A stretch of DNA of 63,942 nt, filler included, from Choristocarpus tenellus KU-1152 (GCA_964200185.2; 10 parts of 10 records of this genome joined end to end with filler, not necessarily neighbours in it), one strand, 5' to 3'. Counted from the whole stretch's first letter, positions 24,513 to 38,331 are shown. A program made the numbers and translations. Notes: generated from the sequence alone by a model not told the origin.

Positions 24513-25243
24513 ACTGCTCCTGGACCGGTCAGGCCGCTTTCGGCATGTGTGCGTATGGTGAGAGGTGAGAGGGACAAAGTATCTGGTGCAAGGTGTCGGC
24601 GTCCGTTTTTCACCCTTTATTGGATTTTCACTTTTTTGGTGTGATTTGGTCGCACTTGTCGGATTTGAAATGTCAGCAAAAAAAAGAGTTGTTTGACTGA
24701 AATGGACGCCCCTTCCCAACCNNNNNNNNNNNNNNNNNNNNNNNNNNNNNNNNNNNNNNNNNNNNTTAATTAATTAANNNNNNNNNNNNNNNNNNNNNNN
24801 NNNNNNNNNNNNNNNNNNNNNAAAGCAACTTGGGGAGAAGGTGTGGGGGGGGGGGGGGGGGGGGGGGAAAAAAGGGGGGGGGGGGGGGGGGGGGTTAACA
24901 AGTTGCCTCCGAGCCACTGCTGGGGCAATACCAGTCGCATAAAGTGTTGGGTAATGACAGTTTACGTCCTTAGAGTGCGCGACTACGTCCAGAGGAAAAA
25001 GGGGCATACCACCATCACGAGCAGGGTAAACGGTAGGCAATACCCTAGTTTGATCTACTGCCACTTTAGCCTGAGTGTTTTCCCCTACGATGTAATAGTG
25101 CCGTTCAAGTCGGCGGGAGAGTAACCACTCCTTGAATGCCGCCCGTTGTTGCGGGTGTGCCCACAAACACACAAAAAAACTGTCTGAAGTGTGATCATCC
25201 CCCAGTTGCGTAACTTGTTCCCTACCCCTCAGTTGAGAAATAC

Positions 25244-26005
25244 CTAGTTGGTTGGACCAGCTTGTACAGCCTGTCTGTGAAGACGAAGATTCGCCGGAAC
25301 ATCTCCCTCTCGTTTAGCTCTACGAATTGATCGTCGTTGTCATGTGTGCACATGTGAATGATGCCGTTCATGTCCAGATAGAAATTGTCGATAGGAGCGG
25401 TACGCTACGTGTGGAAGAAACGAAAACAAACGAAAACGGAGGACACATCGTTTTGTTGATCTAATAAGCAGTGCTGACATGCAGAAGGATAATACTGGTA
25501 AAAAGTCAAAGGGGTCTCCTGTGCTGTGAACCAAAGTACTACTTCGACTCTAAGACTCAATGTAGGGACTGGTCCTCTAACACAGTTAGATCACGATAAC
25601 GTACTCACTAACAACAACAGGATAACTCACATCACTCAATCCCTGATCTAGCTTCTGGCTGATGATAGGGTACTGGTCAGTAAGCCAGCGGAAGAGCTTG
25701 GGGATACCCATAGTGACCACTCTTGAGTTCGAACGTGGCCGGCCTACTGCCACTTTTCCCCATGGAGCTACGACACCTCTTCCTCTCATGCAATTCACAA
25801 AGTACGATGATGGTTGTCCAAACGATGTGGCCCCGAGCTTTTCGTGCTGTAACAAGGGCATTGACCATCCATCTGCAAACCTCAACGCTGGGCCGCATAC
25901 TGCTGCCAAAGCAAGGATCCTCCTCCGAATGCCTCGAGAGGGTTTGATATTGTTGATCGACTGTCGGCCCAGGTTAGCAGCTCTCTTACTTACCATGGGT
26001 TCCAT
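25244..26005 (-). CDS. XRN-family 5'-3' exoribonuclease with ~100-aa N-terminal extension, 3'-partial
   Basis: Exon 26005 (or 25996)-25631 ends MGIPKLFRWLTDQYPIISQKLDQGLSD; exon 25404-25244 reads RTAPIDNFYLDMNGIIHMCTH...EMFRRIFVFTDRLYKLVQP. Both are canonical XRN_N motifs. Confidence 0.93.
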
Positions 26006-26835
26006 GGCGACTGGGTTGTCTGTCCAAGACCACTTCAACTAGACAACTCCACTAGAGAGTCTTGTTGCACTAGTTGGGTGACAATACCAAAAACTGAATT
26101 TACCCAACCACAAGTCTCCCCTCGGAGAGTTATCACTCTTCAAGGTATTTTATTGGCCAAGAGAAGGCTTAGATACTGACTATCCATATCTATAAGATAG
26201 TAAACAAGTTTGAATCATTCAAAATACATCTCATTCGTCAAAAGTATGAAACCATTTTCTCCAACCCCCCCCTCATTCTCCTCCCTCCTTCCTCCCTATT
26301 TACTCTTCAAGGACCGAAATTTGCTGTGAAACAAGGTGGTCACGAGAGGCACATGCAATCACCAGTATTACCCTTGGGTACACCAGTGAGATTTACCCAC
26401 GCAGGCGCACAATCTGTAATATCCAAACCGCAATCTCACAATAGTGCAAAGAAACCAGTTCGACCTCGGGACATCCATCCAAGGCATGCCTTCCCTTGGA
26501 GTGCCAGAGGGGGAAGGACAAGTCGAAAGGAGAGAATACATGTTCGTAATGACTTCATTAAGTCAGCTGACGAATCCATAGCCTCCTCGTGCTCTATCGA
26601 GGGTAGCGAGGTGAGAGAACGCCAATGGGAGGTAAACCAGGTCCAGTGCAGGTTAGCAACAGAGGGCGTGCACATCACCTGAAATGGGCTGAGAAAAGGC
26701 GTGCGTTGGTTTCCTAACTCTCTGATTGGAGAACTTCCAGTTTTGATCACCTATACTCTGGATTAGCGCAATAGTTCTGTAATAATAAGAATCGATAGCC
26801 GTGGTAATCCCAACCTCCATCCTCTCTTCTGGCAG

Positions 26836-27270
26836 GTAACCACGATAGATACCATCGTTGCGGCATGTGCGAAGACGATGATTTCTCCATCTGCGGTGAA
26901 TTCCCCCGTAGATTTCATATGTTCCGAGGACGAGTACAGAGGGGTAAGCGGATTACTTGTTGTTTTCGGTCATTTATTTTTGCGCAGGCAATGTTCAACA
27001 AACCACTGTGACATGTCCAGTACGAATTTTTCTTTCTTGTCACGATATGAATGTCGAATCTGAGTCAAGGAGCAAAGGGACTTGTCACGGGCAAAAATAA
27101 ACAAATCTAATGTGATCGTGATAACTTCTCCCCTAATCAACATCCAACGTATCCACTCCGACTTTGTGTTGGATACTTCAGGTGTGGCAGGCTCTTACAT
27201 CCTGGCTCCGTTCTGCAGTGGCATCACAGATGCGTGCTGATATCCCAAGATTTTGCATGATCAACTACAG
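26836..27270 (+). CDS. Two exons of a possible CCDC81-like (HU-like domain) protein
   Basis: Exons 26836-26943 and 27182-27270 join in phase 0: ...SEDEYRG-VWQALTSWLRSAVASQMRADIPRFCMINY, resembling the CCDC81 pattern VWxxxxxxxxxxxxxxxGVxIPxFG. The exons are better supported than the product. Confidence 0.45.
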
Positions 27271-28424
27271 GTTGTTCAACTTAGGCATTTGCATCCCCAC
27301 ACTTCATATGGAGGAATGGTTTCTTGCCAGGTGTGTCAGCATAAGTTCCTTTGTTACTACAGTCACTAAGATAATGAATATCAGTCGATTCATTTTTCCA
27401 TCCCTGAATTCCACACCCAATTTTATGTTCTAAGTGCAATTGAATTCCATTGCTCGTGCTAGTAGGACCTACCAAATTGGTATGTGATGTCATACCAGTT
27501 AGCTACATTCTGAGGACATTGTCAGAAAATTCTTTCAAATGAAATATTTTTTTCAAAATTTATCATTTGAGCATATGTGTTGTTCACTCTAGATTGAGGT
27601 ATAGATACATGTGAGTGATGCATCACACCTTGCCTCGTTGATTTGGCGCAAGTGTCTGATCCGGAGAAGTACCTGAGCCAGACACATGTCAACCATGCCC
27701 CCTTATCATAGCTTCCACATGTCTTGCTCACGGAGATGATGTAGGCTCAACATTCTTTCGATTGTTCTTATTAAAACTAGTGACAAAAAAAATGAAAACT
27801 TTGAATTACAAAACTCTCAACAATTGTCCTTGCCCAGTCTAGCTTGAGCAGTATTGCACTTTCTGAACTGTGCACATGGCGAAGATTCCTAACTTAGTAT
27901 CCCAACCTTAAATGCACAACTCTGGCACTTGATTAACAAACTCTCTTTAATCGGAACTTGCTCCTAGTTACAAGCATAATACGACACATACAAAAATCCC
28001 TGCCATGGTGTTGTAAATCCCATTTTTCTGTAGTGTTTTCTTTGCGTCCAGTAGCGCCCTTGCCGGATAATGCTTGTGATTTGGAAATATATCATATCGC
28101 CCAGTGAAGGCGTTTTTGCAAAAGAAAGCACTGTGATCATTTTTTTTTTATCACTTACAGGTATACACCTACTCCATACACTTTTTCTTTTTTCAAAACC
28201 TGAAATCACGTTTAAACAAATATTTGCAAGGAGCCATTTCGCACACTTCGCCATCAAAATTTTGAGCATAGGGGTCTCCAGCGCAAACGAATGAACATTT
28301 GTCAATCTTTTTCGTATCTACCGAGCAAATCTTGTCTCCCATCCAAGAAACATTATTGTTGTTTGTACCAGTTGTCTAGAGGTTTTATCACGAGGAACAT
28401 TCTACGAGGTCATTTTCCTTTTTG

Positions 28425-28682
28425 GAGTGAAAGTATCTTAGAGGGTACGATTTCTGCCCTGTTTGTCCATTTGGGGCTTGGCTTCCGACGGGTTTTTAAT
28501 GACATTTTACCTACTCCAAGATGTTCCGGAGTAGGTAAATTGTTTACATCATGAAAAGGTGTGTGCAGAACAAGGATATTGACTCTCCTAACAAACATGA
28601 TAGTCAAAATTACATCAAAATTGCAATGTTGGATTTTGGCCCCCAAATGGACGCGGCTCTACCCTCTAAGATACTTTGACTC
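28425..28682. mobile_element. MITE family 1, near-perfect copy
   Basis: 258 bp, TIR GAGT(G/C)AAAGTATCTTAGAGGGTA, exact TTTG/TTTG flanks. Confidence 0.93.
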
Positions 28683-29954
28683 TTTGTAAAAATCTGGCCA
28701 TCGGAAACATTATTCATTTTGGAGCTATGCTGTCCACCACCCTCCCCCCCCCCCGCCCCCCCCTTGTTTTTCTTTGTTGGTTTNNNNNNNNNNNNNNNNN
28801 NNNNNNNNNNNNNNNNNNNNNNNNNNNTTAATTAATTAANNNNNNNNNNNNNNNNNNNNNNNNNNNNNNNNNNNNNNNNNNNNTTTTTGGGTTATTTGGT
28901 TGCATACGTCGGACGGATAATGCAAGTGCACTTTTCCTGGTTTTGGGCCAAATGGACACCCTGGTGTAGACCCCCCCCTCCCCCCCTCCAGATACTCTGG
29001 GTCTGGAGTCAAAGCAACCGAGAGGTACCCAGGTCTTGACCGTTTTACATTCAAGGAAGTTTCTTTATCTCTTGCAATTCACCCGTATTTCAATGGAGTT
29101 CAGAAAAGTCCCTACATGCATTGGTACAAAAAGTCGAATTTTGAACATTTCTTAGCATCCTGGCTACTTTGGCTCATGATAACGCAATTTTGTGAGTAGA
29201 ACCTGTATTCAGTTGCCGTTGTGGTTCCATGTGAATGCATGTGACAGTAAGGTATGTTGGTCAATGGCGCTTGTCACTTGGCTTCACATGATTATTTTGT
29301 TTGATTTCATGCCATAGAGGCCTCATCGAGATCATAATGACTAGACACGCCTCAAGGTGGACAGACACACACAATGCCAAGGGTAGCAGGTTAGAACTCA
29401 ACTTGTGGGTACCCTGTGCACCTATCTGTATACTTCGGCCATGCTATGTGTGGCAAAAGATCATTTTCGCTTTTCCAACTTCATACTGGGACCACCACTT
29501 TTCACTGTTCTTAAACGACAGTATGGCAACTATCTGCATCGATTTCTCGATGCCACGGATCTGGGTGGAGATGATGACATGGAGAGTCTGTCCCTTGGAT
29601 GTCATACTCCCAAGGAGGGGAAGATTTTTTTTTGGTGCAGTATGGAGATGTAGTTTGTGTTGCAGGCACTACAAGTGAGGCTAACGAGGAGACGGGGGAC
29701 TTGTCAGAAGTTGAGGTAGATACAGGGTGGTAATGGCAGTGAAGGTGCAAGTCATCCTCCACCTCCCTCCCTATAGCTCCCCATTGAAGTGGTACCACTT
29801 CTTCCAGAGTTAGAGGCGAAGGCTGAAGAGAGCTGACTCGGAGAGGTTTGTGCTTTGCTGCATGAATATTAAACAGGTCCTTGGCTGATTGATGGGTGTC
29901 GTGTTAGCTTTTTTTCTGCATTAGCAACTGTGTACAAATCACATTGCAGAGGTC

Positions 29955-30194
29955 AGGGTACAGCCTCGTCCATTTGAGGGCCAAAATCCAACATTGCAAT
30001 TTTGATTCATTTTGCCTATCATGTTTGTTAGGAGATGTCAACATCCTTGTTCTGGACACACCTTTTCATAATGTATCAATTTTACCTACTCCGAAACATT
30101 TTGAAGTAGGTAAAATGTCATTAAATACCAGTGGAAAGTCAAGCCCCAAATGGACAAACAGGGAAAAACTCGTACCCTCTAAGATAATTCACTC
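29955..30194. mobile_element. MITE family 1, one end truncated
   Basis: Body matches the other copies and ends TACCCTCTAAGATAATTCACTC. Confidence 0.85.
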
Positions 30195-31420
30195 ATATAC
30201 TTCATCAACACGTGAGTCATACCTGGCAAAACAACATATGGGTGCTTTTGAGAGTTGTTAGGTCACCCCTAACAATTTTCAGACCATGAAATTAAGGACA
30301 CATGGCCAAAAGAGGGTCTAGGGTGGCAAGGTATGTTGATCAATTGGGTACATCTAATGGAGTTGGCACAAGGGTACCTTAAAGTGGGAAGATAGTTATC
30401 GTACTGACATTCTGTTTCCAGTTCTATCATTACATTTTTGCACCACATCAAATTCCTTCAAAAAGGGCAGAAAAAGAGGTAATTGTTGGTAATACTCATC
30501 CTGTGTACTAGTGTTGTATACATATATTGAAGTACTTTGAACTAAAGTAATTTCAAGCTAAATTCTTCCATGATACCCAAACAAAAAGACTCTAACAATA
30601 GAATTAAGTGTCCCTTTGTGGCCCCTGCATTGCTGTTTCTCAACTTGCATGAGAAAATCTGGATCCAAACTTGGAAACCGGTAAGAGTGACAGTATAGTG
30701 ATTGGACAAAATGTTACTAGTAATAGCAAATTTCTTGTTCAGATTGTTTTCAACTATACATACTATGTAGTACATTGATTGGATCCAGTCTAGCATTTCT
30801 TAGCTCAGTCAGGCTTAAGTCTTTGATACATTCACTGGGTTGGGCTATGCAGTTGGATCAACTTGCCCTGTTGTACTCACTGCTTTGAATTCATCCCCAC
30901 ACATGCTGAAGATTGTTTCTGAACATACATGAGCCCAGTGTGAGAGAAAGTTGCCTTCTGCATAAATGGCTTGACATCAAGCTTAAATCTAAACTGCCTC
31001 TTAAATCTTCGGAATGTAATTGCGAGTAAGAGAAGCACACAGCAAGATTTCATCACACTGGAGCATTACTTCTCTCACTCACTCTCCATTCTTGTGTCAA
31101 GATTTTGTTGCTCCCTGGGCCATTTCCTTTTCTAAACATCTGGTTTCCCGACTTCAACTTTTTCTATCTAAAAGGGGGACCTCACTGATTATTTGTGGCC
31201 CCCGTATCATCCATCTGGCAGATGTACTTCTAGCACTCAACAGGTTGATCTTGCTCCTATGTGGATGAATGTTTGTCTCATCTTCGTCCGTCACAGGCTC
31301 GTACGGGAGTTTATTGCATTCCAAGCGTGGAAAATTGAGTTTCAGGCAAATAATTTAGGAGCCCTAGATAATTAAAAAGGGCCTAAATGAACCCCCCTTT
31401 AAGATAGGAGACCTTTTCAC

Positions 31421-32438
31421 CTGTTCTGATCTTCCAGATTGTGCAAGTATGCTGTCACCTCTCCAGGGTCAGCAGTTGTCCTAGACTTATCCACTGCCAG
31501 ATTATAGTCTGCGAGGGTCCCCTCAAGCTGCTTCACCTCTTGGAGAAGAGAGTCATAGGTACGCTGAAGTTGACCATATTGGGCGCTCTCTTTGTTGTGC
31601 TGATCGATTTCCTCCGTGAGTCGGACAATCTCTTTCTGTATCATGTTCATTTTGTTGCGAAGGACACCAATGAAGTACGAGCTGTCCTGTACTTGCCTTC
31701 CCGGACCCCCAGCCGATGTCTTCATGCCTGACATCCCCTATGGCATCCATGTATATGATTATTTGGTGATGTGCCATTGGAAGTGAGGAGAGAGCATAGA
31801 AGGGTGGGAGATGGGCGTGAGTCAAACGGTTTGTTGTCACCAGCACCCTCGCTGTTACTCAGCATAGCCTCTACAATGCACAAAGGATCTCGAGGTAATG
31901 ACTCTCGGGACAAATCGAGAGCTGAAAAGGTAAAATAAAAATCGAAAGCAAAGAGATTTCTCACGATAAAGAGAAGACGATCTTGCTCGGCTTGTGGCTA
32001 GGACCTCGCGATCCTGATTCCGATCCTTTTTTCGCCTCTAACCTGTTGTGTAACAGGCCGATCTGTCACTTGCACCTCCTGAGATAACGCTAAGCCGTAC
32101 GCAGCCTCACGACTTGGTGTACCTGCAGCCTGCCCAGTTCGAAGTCTTCCAGACATTGGACGACCAGCTGGTGTCCCTAGTCCCCCGCGCTGGGCTGTGT
32201 GTGATCGGTTTTGGTTGTCACACGTAAGTCGAAATTGTAATCTTGCGTAATGGCACAATCCATGTAGCGTATCCAAACCTATGGGCTGTTCAATTTTGTA
32301 GGAACAGAAGGTACAGAGTAGTCTTGCATGAAAAAGAAAAACGTCTGTTATATTCATGATATGAAATCGAGCCGTACTACCTGTTCCCATCCGCATCCCC
32401 GTGCCAGGGGGCTGAAAGCCACCTCCAACAGCCCTCAT
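31421..32438 (-). CDS. IFT74: Intraflagellar transport protein 74/72, 5' part
   Basis: Exons 32438-32381, 32194-32043, 31737-31421 (phases 1,0,2): PPGTGMR..RPMSGRLRTG..VTDRPVTQQGMSGMKT..GPGRQVQDSSYFIGVLR..LEGTLADYNLAVDK. Confidence 0.95.
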
Positions 32439-32801
32439 GGTACTACTTCTTCGTCGCAATAGAATTGATCTTGCCCGCTCTCTGATCTCCACAGGCGCCC
32501 TCTCACTAGATTCCAGGCTTAGCCTTTTTCTCCCTCCTCACAACTTTTTCCAGGCTTGTAAGACGCAGTTGTGGGGAGAACGTGTGATGACTTTTGAAAT
32601 TCATCAGGATCGTTACCGTTTTTCATTTCAGTTTTCATATGTCGAAGGCGTGTTTCTTGATTGCAATGCTTGAATACACAAACAACAAACATCAAGGGTG
32701 AAGAAGGGGGTGGGCGGGTTGCGAGTGGGTGGGAGGATGCTCGGCAAGGAAACGACCAAGAAGGACCGAGGTTGCGACGCTGCTCGTCGACGTTTTGAAG
32801 G

Positions 32802-34694
32802 ATGGGGAATGCACAGTCTGGAACCCAGAAGGGCACCACGGCCAAGCAAACTCCAACATCAAGTCGCAACACCCCAGACGATTCGATAGTGCGAGACAGG
32901 TTCGACGTACTAGCTGTGGATGCAGAGGACGGTCGACGTTACGTTTCACGGGATGTGTTCACTGAGAGCACAGAGCTACTCGGACCAAGGGGGTCGCAGG
33001 TGTCGGCAAGGCTCTTCAACGTCCTCGATTCCAACGTAGACGGCCGACTTGGTGTGGACGTGAGATTCTGATCAGAATAATGATATTAGACTTCTTGATC
33101 GATGAGATAAAGGATAGTGCTGAGAAGGAGAGTGATAATTGTTCATATGGATATGGTCTATTTGAGTGGGAAATGCCAGGGAGATCGAAAAATGTCAGGA
33201 AAATACCGATATAATGTTGGGATGACTTCGAAATATTTGACTGGTTGATCTAGTGATGAGATGTACGGCATGCGGGTGGAGCTAAGGGGATTAGAAGCAG
33301 GCGTGGGGGGATGGTGGTGTCCGTTGGTGAAATACCTCTCTCGAGTCGATAAGGAAAGAATCTTGGGCATGCGGCCACAACTGTTGGCATTGAGTTCCCT
33401 CATTTCGTTATTACGATCACTTGTGTGGAACGGGTGAGTATTGCTGTAATGGAAAATATACGCCCACATTCTCCGCTCTTTCCGCGACTGCGTTTTAATA
33501 GGAGTTTCTGAGGGCCGCTTATCTACTCAGGGGATCATCTGAGATGGAGAAGCTTAAACGTGAGTCTAAACCAAATCAACCTCGATCCCCATGAATGAAA
33601 CATAGAGTGCAATGGACTGAAATATGTGAAAAACACTCCCTTATCCCCACCCCCATCCGTGCTGAGCTTGGCAATTGAAAGTGGAGCTTGTGCATTTAAC
33701 AAGTACTGATCTTGTATAGGGAGTTCTTTTTACTCCCTTATCTATAGTGTAGGTTCGATGGGTTTGGTTCTTCACATATGCCCAATCCAGTCACTGACAA
33801 TCTTTCCCCCCCGTTCCCCCTTTCCAATCGCTAATGCACATGTCAGTTCTTTTTGATATGTATGATGGTACGAAGTCTGGATTTATGGAACGCGAAGGGC
33901 TGAGGAATTTCCTGCTTGATACTATTGCTGCTTCACCCCCCCCATTATCTCCACACAGCAGCACTGTGGACCAAAGCAAGTGCAAGGTCGATAACAATGA
34001 AGCTGTAGGCCCAGTTCTCTCTGGAGACCCACAGCCAAATTTTGAACACCCTTTGCTGGAGAGTGTCTTGGAGGTAATGGTGGATGCGATCCTGTCTCAG
34101 GTATGAGTGCCATTAGGAGCTATCTAATCCTGCTGTACACCTCTACATTGAGCACCATCATGTGTTCCCCACCCCCTACTGCCTCATCAAGCCTCAGTGA
34201 AACAGATTTCCGAGCAAAGTTGATATAGGAGAAGTGCAATGCAACATGGGAGTTATCACATATTTCGATTAATTTTATTGGGGATGGCTTGGTGTTTTCA
34301 CCCAACTGCCCCTCAGATGTATTGTCTCCAGGCTGTGTATGGCATTTTGACATTAGTCTTAACAGCGATTTTTTCCCTAAGAAAGTCCAGAAATGGTACA
34401 AGCTTTGATAAGAATACTGAATGAGCAATCCTTGCGGTCTCATGTATCATGTTGTTGTTGAGCTTCCTGGACTGTATTGTGATTTTGTAATATTCTATTG
34501 CAATTTTAAAATGTGTTGCTGCATGCTTTCAACAATAGCACTCTTCGTATGCATTTTTTTTCATGCCACCTTTCATTGCCTCCTGTTTCCTTTCCTGCGA
34601 TCTCCTTGTTTTTATTATGTGTTTCCTTTTTTTTTAGTATGATGCCGATGGGGATAGGAAGCTGTCAGAAAAGGAGTGGAGTGCGTACCTCAAG
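32802..34694 (+). CDS. N-myristoylated EF-hand calcium sensor (calcineurin B / NCS-like), partial
   Basis: Exons 32802-33059, 33502-33559, 33847-34100, 34638-34694: MGNAQS myristoylation motif; EF loops LFNVLDSNVDGRLGVDEFL, LFDMYDGTKSGFMEREGL, YDADGDRKLSEKEW. A terminal exon near 38894-38942 (..VLSKVEEQFQQN*) is possible but unconfirmed. Confidence 0.85.
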
Positions 34695-34902
34695 GTGAGT
34701 ATACAGTTGAAAAGGACCCTTTGGACCGATTGGCATATTGCCCTCGCATCATAAGCAGCATTGCCTTTACTGGGCTATTGATCAATAGTGCCGTTGATAC
34801 CAATACCACTGAAGGTCGCAGCTATGAGATTGAGTCAGAGTACAGTTTGGACTGACTCTTCTGCTGTGACCAGTTCTAGCACTTGTTGAAGATGTTTTCT
34901 TT

Positions 34903-34929
34903 GTGTGTGTGTGTGTGTGTGTGTGTGTG
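34903..34929. repeat. (GT)n microsatellite
   Basis: About 13 units; other GT/CA tracts at 41853-41871, 49622-49669 and 54631-54657. Confidence 0.9.
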
Positions 34930-36278
34930 ATGGGTTTGGAAGAACAGGGTGTCCAGTGCAATAGACATTTCTAGCACTGGGAAAGGTATTCATCCATTAA
35001 CTATTTTTCTGGATACCTTTCTGGTTGAAGTGCTGTACCCATCAACATTGTGGCATGTTCGGTTGTCATTTTTTTTTTTCACCTTCTGACTGTATGCAGT
35101 ACTGCAATACCACACAATCATACCCCCAAAATATTATTCAAAACTAGGACCCAAACTACTACCACAACTATCTATGAAGTTAGTGCAATGTCCAATGGCG
35201 CAGTGAATGGGTATCATGGTATCATATCGAATGGTTGCCAAATCATGATGATGCCACAAATTATTCTTGCTGTGATGTGTGATGTCACTCTTCAATTGTG
35301 TCATGTTCTTTTCTTCTTTTTCTACTATGCAGTTGTGATGCAGTTGGGGTGTGTGACATACACTCTTCAAGGAGTACATTACTAAAGGTCACTGCATCAA
35401 CACAGCATATTGCACAAGTATGCCATCGTACATTTAATTTCTGTACTCCTGTGCATGCAGAGCACCTATGTGTAGGTGACCTTTGCCTACCAAAACGAAG
35501 TTGATTATTGACCCCAAGTCTCCCTGGGAGGCTAAAGAGTAGGCAGTGCTACCTTCACTCCACCGCGGCCATTTGTCTCTCCCCATACCCACGTGTGCTG
35601 GCTCCTGTACAGTTGGTATGAATTTGGTGGGTGCTCACACTGCAAATATGAGGTGGAATAATCGTGATTTGCTTTTTACATGAGTCCAAAAGAGACAAGT
35701 ATATGTACCTTACAATCTCACAGTCCCATAGGACTTTGCATGGATGAATCAACCCCTCTTGCTCGCAAGGATCAAATGACTTACTATCTCTGCCCCCTCC
35801 CCCGCCAACCTCTGAAATCCCCCACAATCCCGCGCTACCCTGTTGTTCTTTCCGTAAAACATAGAGTGAAGAGGAGAGCACGGGCACATTCTTAGAGACG
35901 CTGAGCACACGAGCCGGAAATCTCTTTGTACCGTAGTAGGGCGGACAGTAGGGTAGACAGAGTCTTGAAGTTATATTACAAGAGATGTGTGTAATATTTC
36001 GTTCTCTCCCCTGCCCCCCTTCCCTTCCCCCTAGCTATTGCGGTTTATAGTCTTTGCTCTCCAAGCTTCTCTCTATCTGTGGAGGTGTTTTTCTTCCAGA
36101 TGAGAGGATAAGGAGTGCCATAGCAGAATCTTGGTAGTTTATGGGTAGAGGCGTCACGCTGAAGTCAAAGGAGATGGGTGGCAACATGGCCCCAAAGGAG
36201 AGATTCAGACAAACATCGCCATTGCCGCTCTAAGGGCAAACTCAATTGAAGGCGTTGCCCCAGACAGTGAAAGGCATT

Positions 36279-36536
36279 GAGCCAAAGTATCTTAGAGGTT
36301 AGAGCCGCGTCCATTTGGGAGTCAAAATCCAATGTTGCGATTTTGATGTAATTTTGGCTATCGTGTTTGTTAGGAACTGCCAATATCCTTATTCCGGACA
36401 TACCTTTTCATAATGTACACATTTTAACTACTCCGAAATATTTCGGAGGAGGAAAATGTCATAAAAACCCCAAGGAAAGCCAAGCCCGCAATGGACAAAC
36501 AGGGTAAAACTCGAACCCTCTAAGATACTTTCACTA
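36279..36536. mobile_element. MITE family 1
   Basis: GAGCCAAAGTATCTTAGAGG ... CCCTCTAAGATACTTTCACT, flanks ATT/ATT. Confidence 0.9.
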
Positions 36537-37623
36537 ATTTTGATTTTCTAGTAGAATGCTTTGTGTGTTTGTGTGTATATGATTCACATCTTTCCATTGG
36601 AGTTTTGTACATAATATTTTATGCCCACTTGACATCTTGTAGATGTCGCAGGGAGAAAGGATCACCTTGCACTGGAGCACAAGAGAGCAAAGTGAAAACA
36701 GAAATAGTCTTTTGCACCTTCTATTTTCTATGCGTAGAAAAGTTTGTCCTCATGATACGCTTGTTCACTGCATAGTTTGAAAGATGTGAACCACTACTAG
36801 GTCCTAGTGTTGATCGAACAGACTCTATCTATGTGTTTATCTGTACACTATGTAGTACATTGAGGAGGATTGTTTTTCATTTTTAATTGTGGTGTGCCTA
36901 TTTCATTGATATTTCTGGCGTTGGTCAAAACGTTTTTATCATATAATAGAACTAGAACTAGTTTCCTTCAGCACTGCAGTGGTTGGTGATGATGTAGTAT
37001 GTAATATTCCATATCATCACGTATTTATTGCTGGGTGTGTGTACACACAGAGTGTACATGTTGTGGAAGGGTTAGAATGTACCATTATATATTAAGTGTA
37101 TGCATATCCTGCACCTCCCTCTCCTATACTTGGAGTGTCAAAGGTAAAAACTCAGTGTTCCTTGGACATAAAAAGGTACACATTGGCCCTAACACTTGTT
37201 CCACTTTGGGATAGCAGTGTTAGCCAATTGCTGTTCACCTAGTGAAGGCCTGGATGTGCCAAAAAGAACTAGTACCCATTCCTGCAATTCTGCTCCTGTC
37301 TGTGTGGTTTAGTATAAGCAACATTTATATCAAAGCAATAGAGAGAGTTGAACTTCAAAGAAAGTTACTACTAATAGCAGTAGTGACCTTCAAACCATCA
37401 ATATGATAAGAGATCCTCTATTGATACTAGTGATGTGAAACCGTAGAATCATAGTATTACTATTCTTAGTGGAACGGGCCAGAAATGATAGTCTCCTTAT
37501 CTGGTTGGCATCCATAGGTACAGACCCGCTGTTGGCTATTATAATGAGATGGTGCCAAGTCGAAACAGATATCAAGAACGAGCCTAACAAGCAAGAGGTT
37601 GGAGATACGTCAAATATCTAATG

Positions 37624-37880
37624 GAGCCGAACCAATCGAGAGTTAGCAGGTTTGGACCCTTTTGCATTCAAAGCGATCTTTATTAACTTATGCAGTACAT
37701 TTTTCATTGGTTTTATGAGCGTGATAGTGTGTTCAAATTTGATATTCCCATTTTCGGCACACAAAGTTCCAAGCACAAACAAGCAAATCCCCTTTCTGTA
37801 ATTTTACAAATACCTATATCTTTTTGCTCTTTCTCAAGATCCTTAACATGCAATCCTGCCTCTCTCAATTGATTTGGCTC
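37624..37880. mobile_element. MITE family 2 (257 bp)
   Basis: TIRs GAGCCGAACCAATCGAGAGTTAGCAGG / CCTGCCTCTCTCAATTGATTTGGCTC. Confidence 0.85.
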
Positions 37881-38075
37881 AGAGTTAAACATGCGACAGC
37901 AAGACCTAAAGGTGGAACACTTAGTACATGTGCAGGCAGACAGTGCACTCGATCAAACAACCTAAGATTTCCTTTCAACATCGGTAAGGTTGGACATAAC
38001 ATCCATCGTCCAACCGCTATCCGGTAGTATAGTGTTTCCCCCATATTACCAGCTGTGACCTGATGCATCACAAAT

Positions 38076-38331
38076 GAACCAAACCAATCCAAAGGTAGGC
38101 AGGTTTGGACCCTTTCGCATTCTAAGTCACCTTTCTTATTACCTTGTGCAATGCAGCCTATTTCATTGCTTTTATGTACACAATAATGCGTGCAAAATTA
38201 TATTCCCCCTTTCCACACACAATGTGACCCCAAATTTCAGCAAGTCCCCTTTCTGCAATTATACAACGTACCATAATTTTGCCCAGTGTCGACATCCTAA
38301 AAATTCAAGGCTGCCTACCTTTTAGGTGGTC
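38076..38331. mobile_element. MITE family 2, second local copy
   Basis: Colinear with 37624-37880 and with the reverse complement of 19223-19464. Confidence 0.8.

Noticed and set aside
24845-24894. Long poly-G runs as a G-quadruplex element
   Set aside because: At a contig edge, where homopolymer length is unreliable and may be a sequencing artefact.
11815-26005. PPR and XRN as a linked organellar RNA-processing cluster
   Set aside because: They lie on different contigs separated by an artificial linker.
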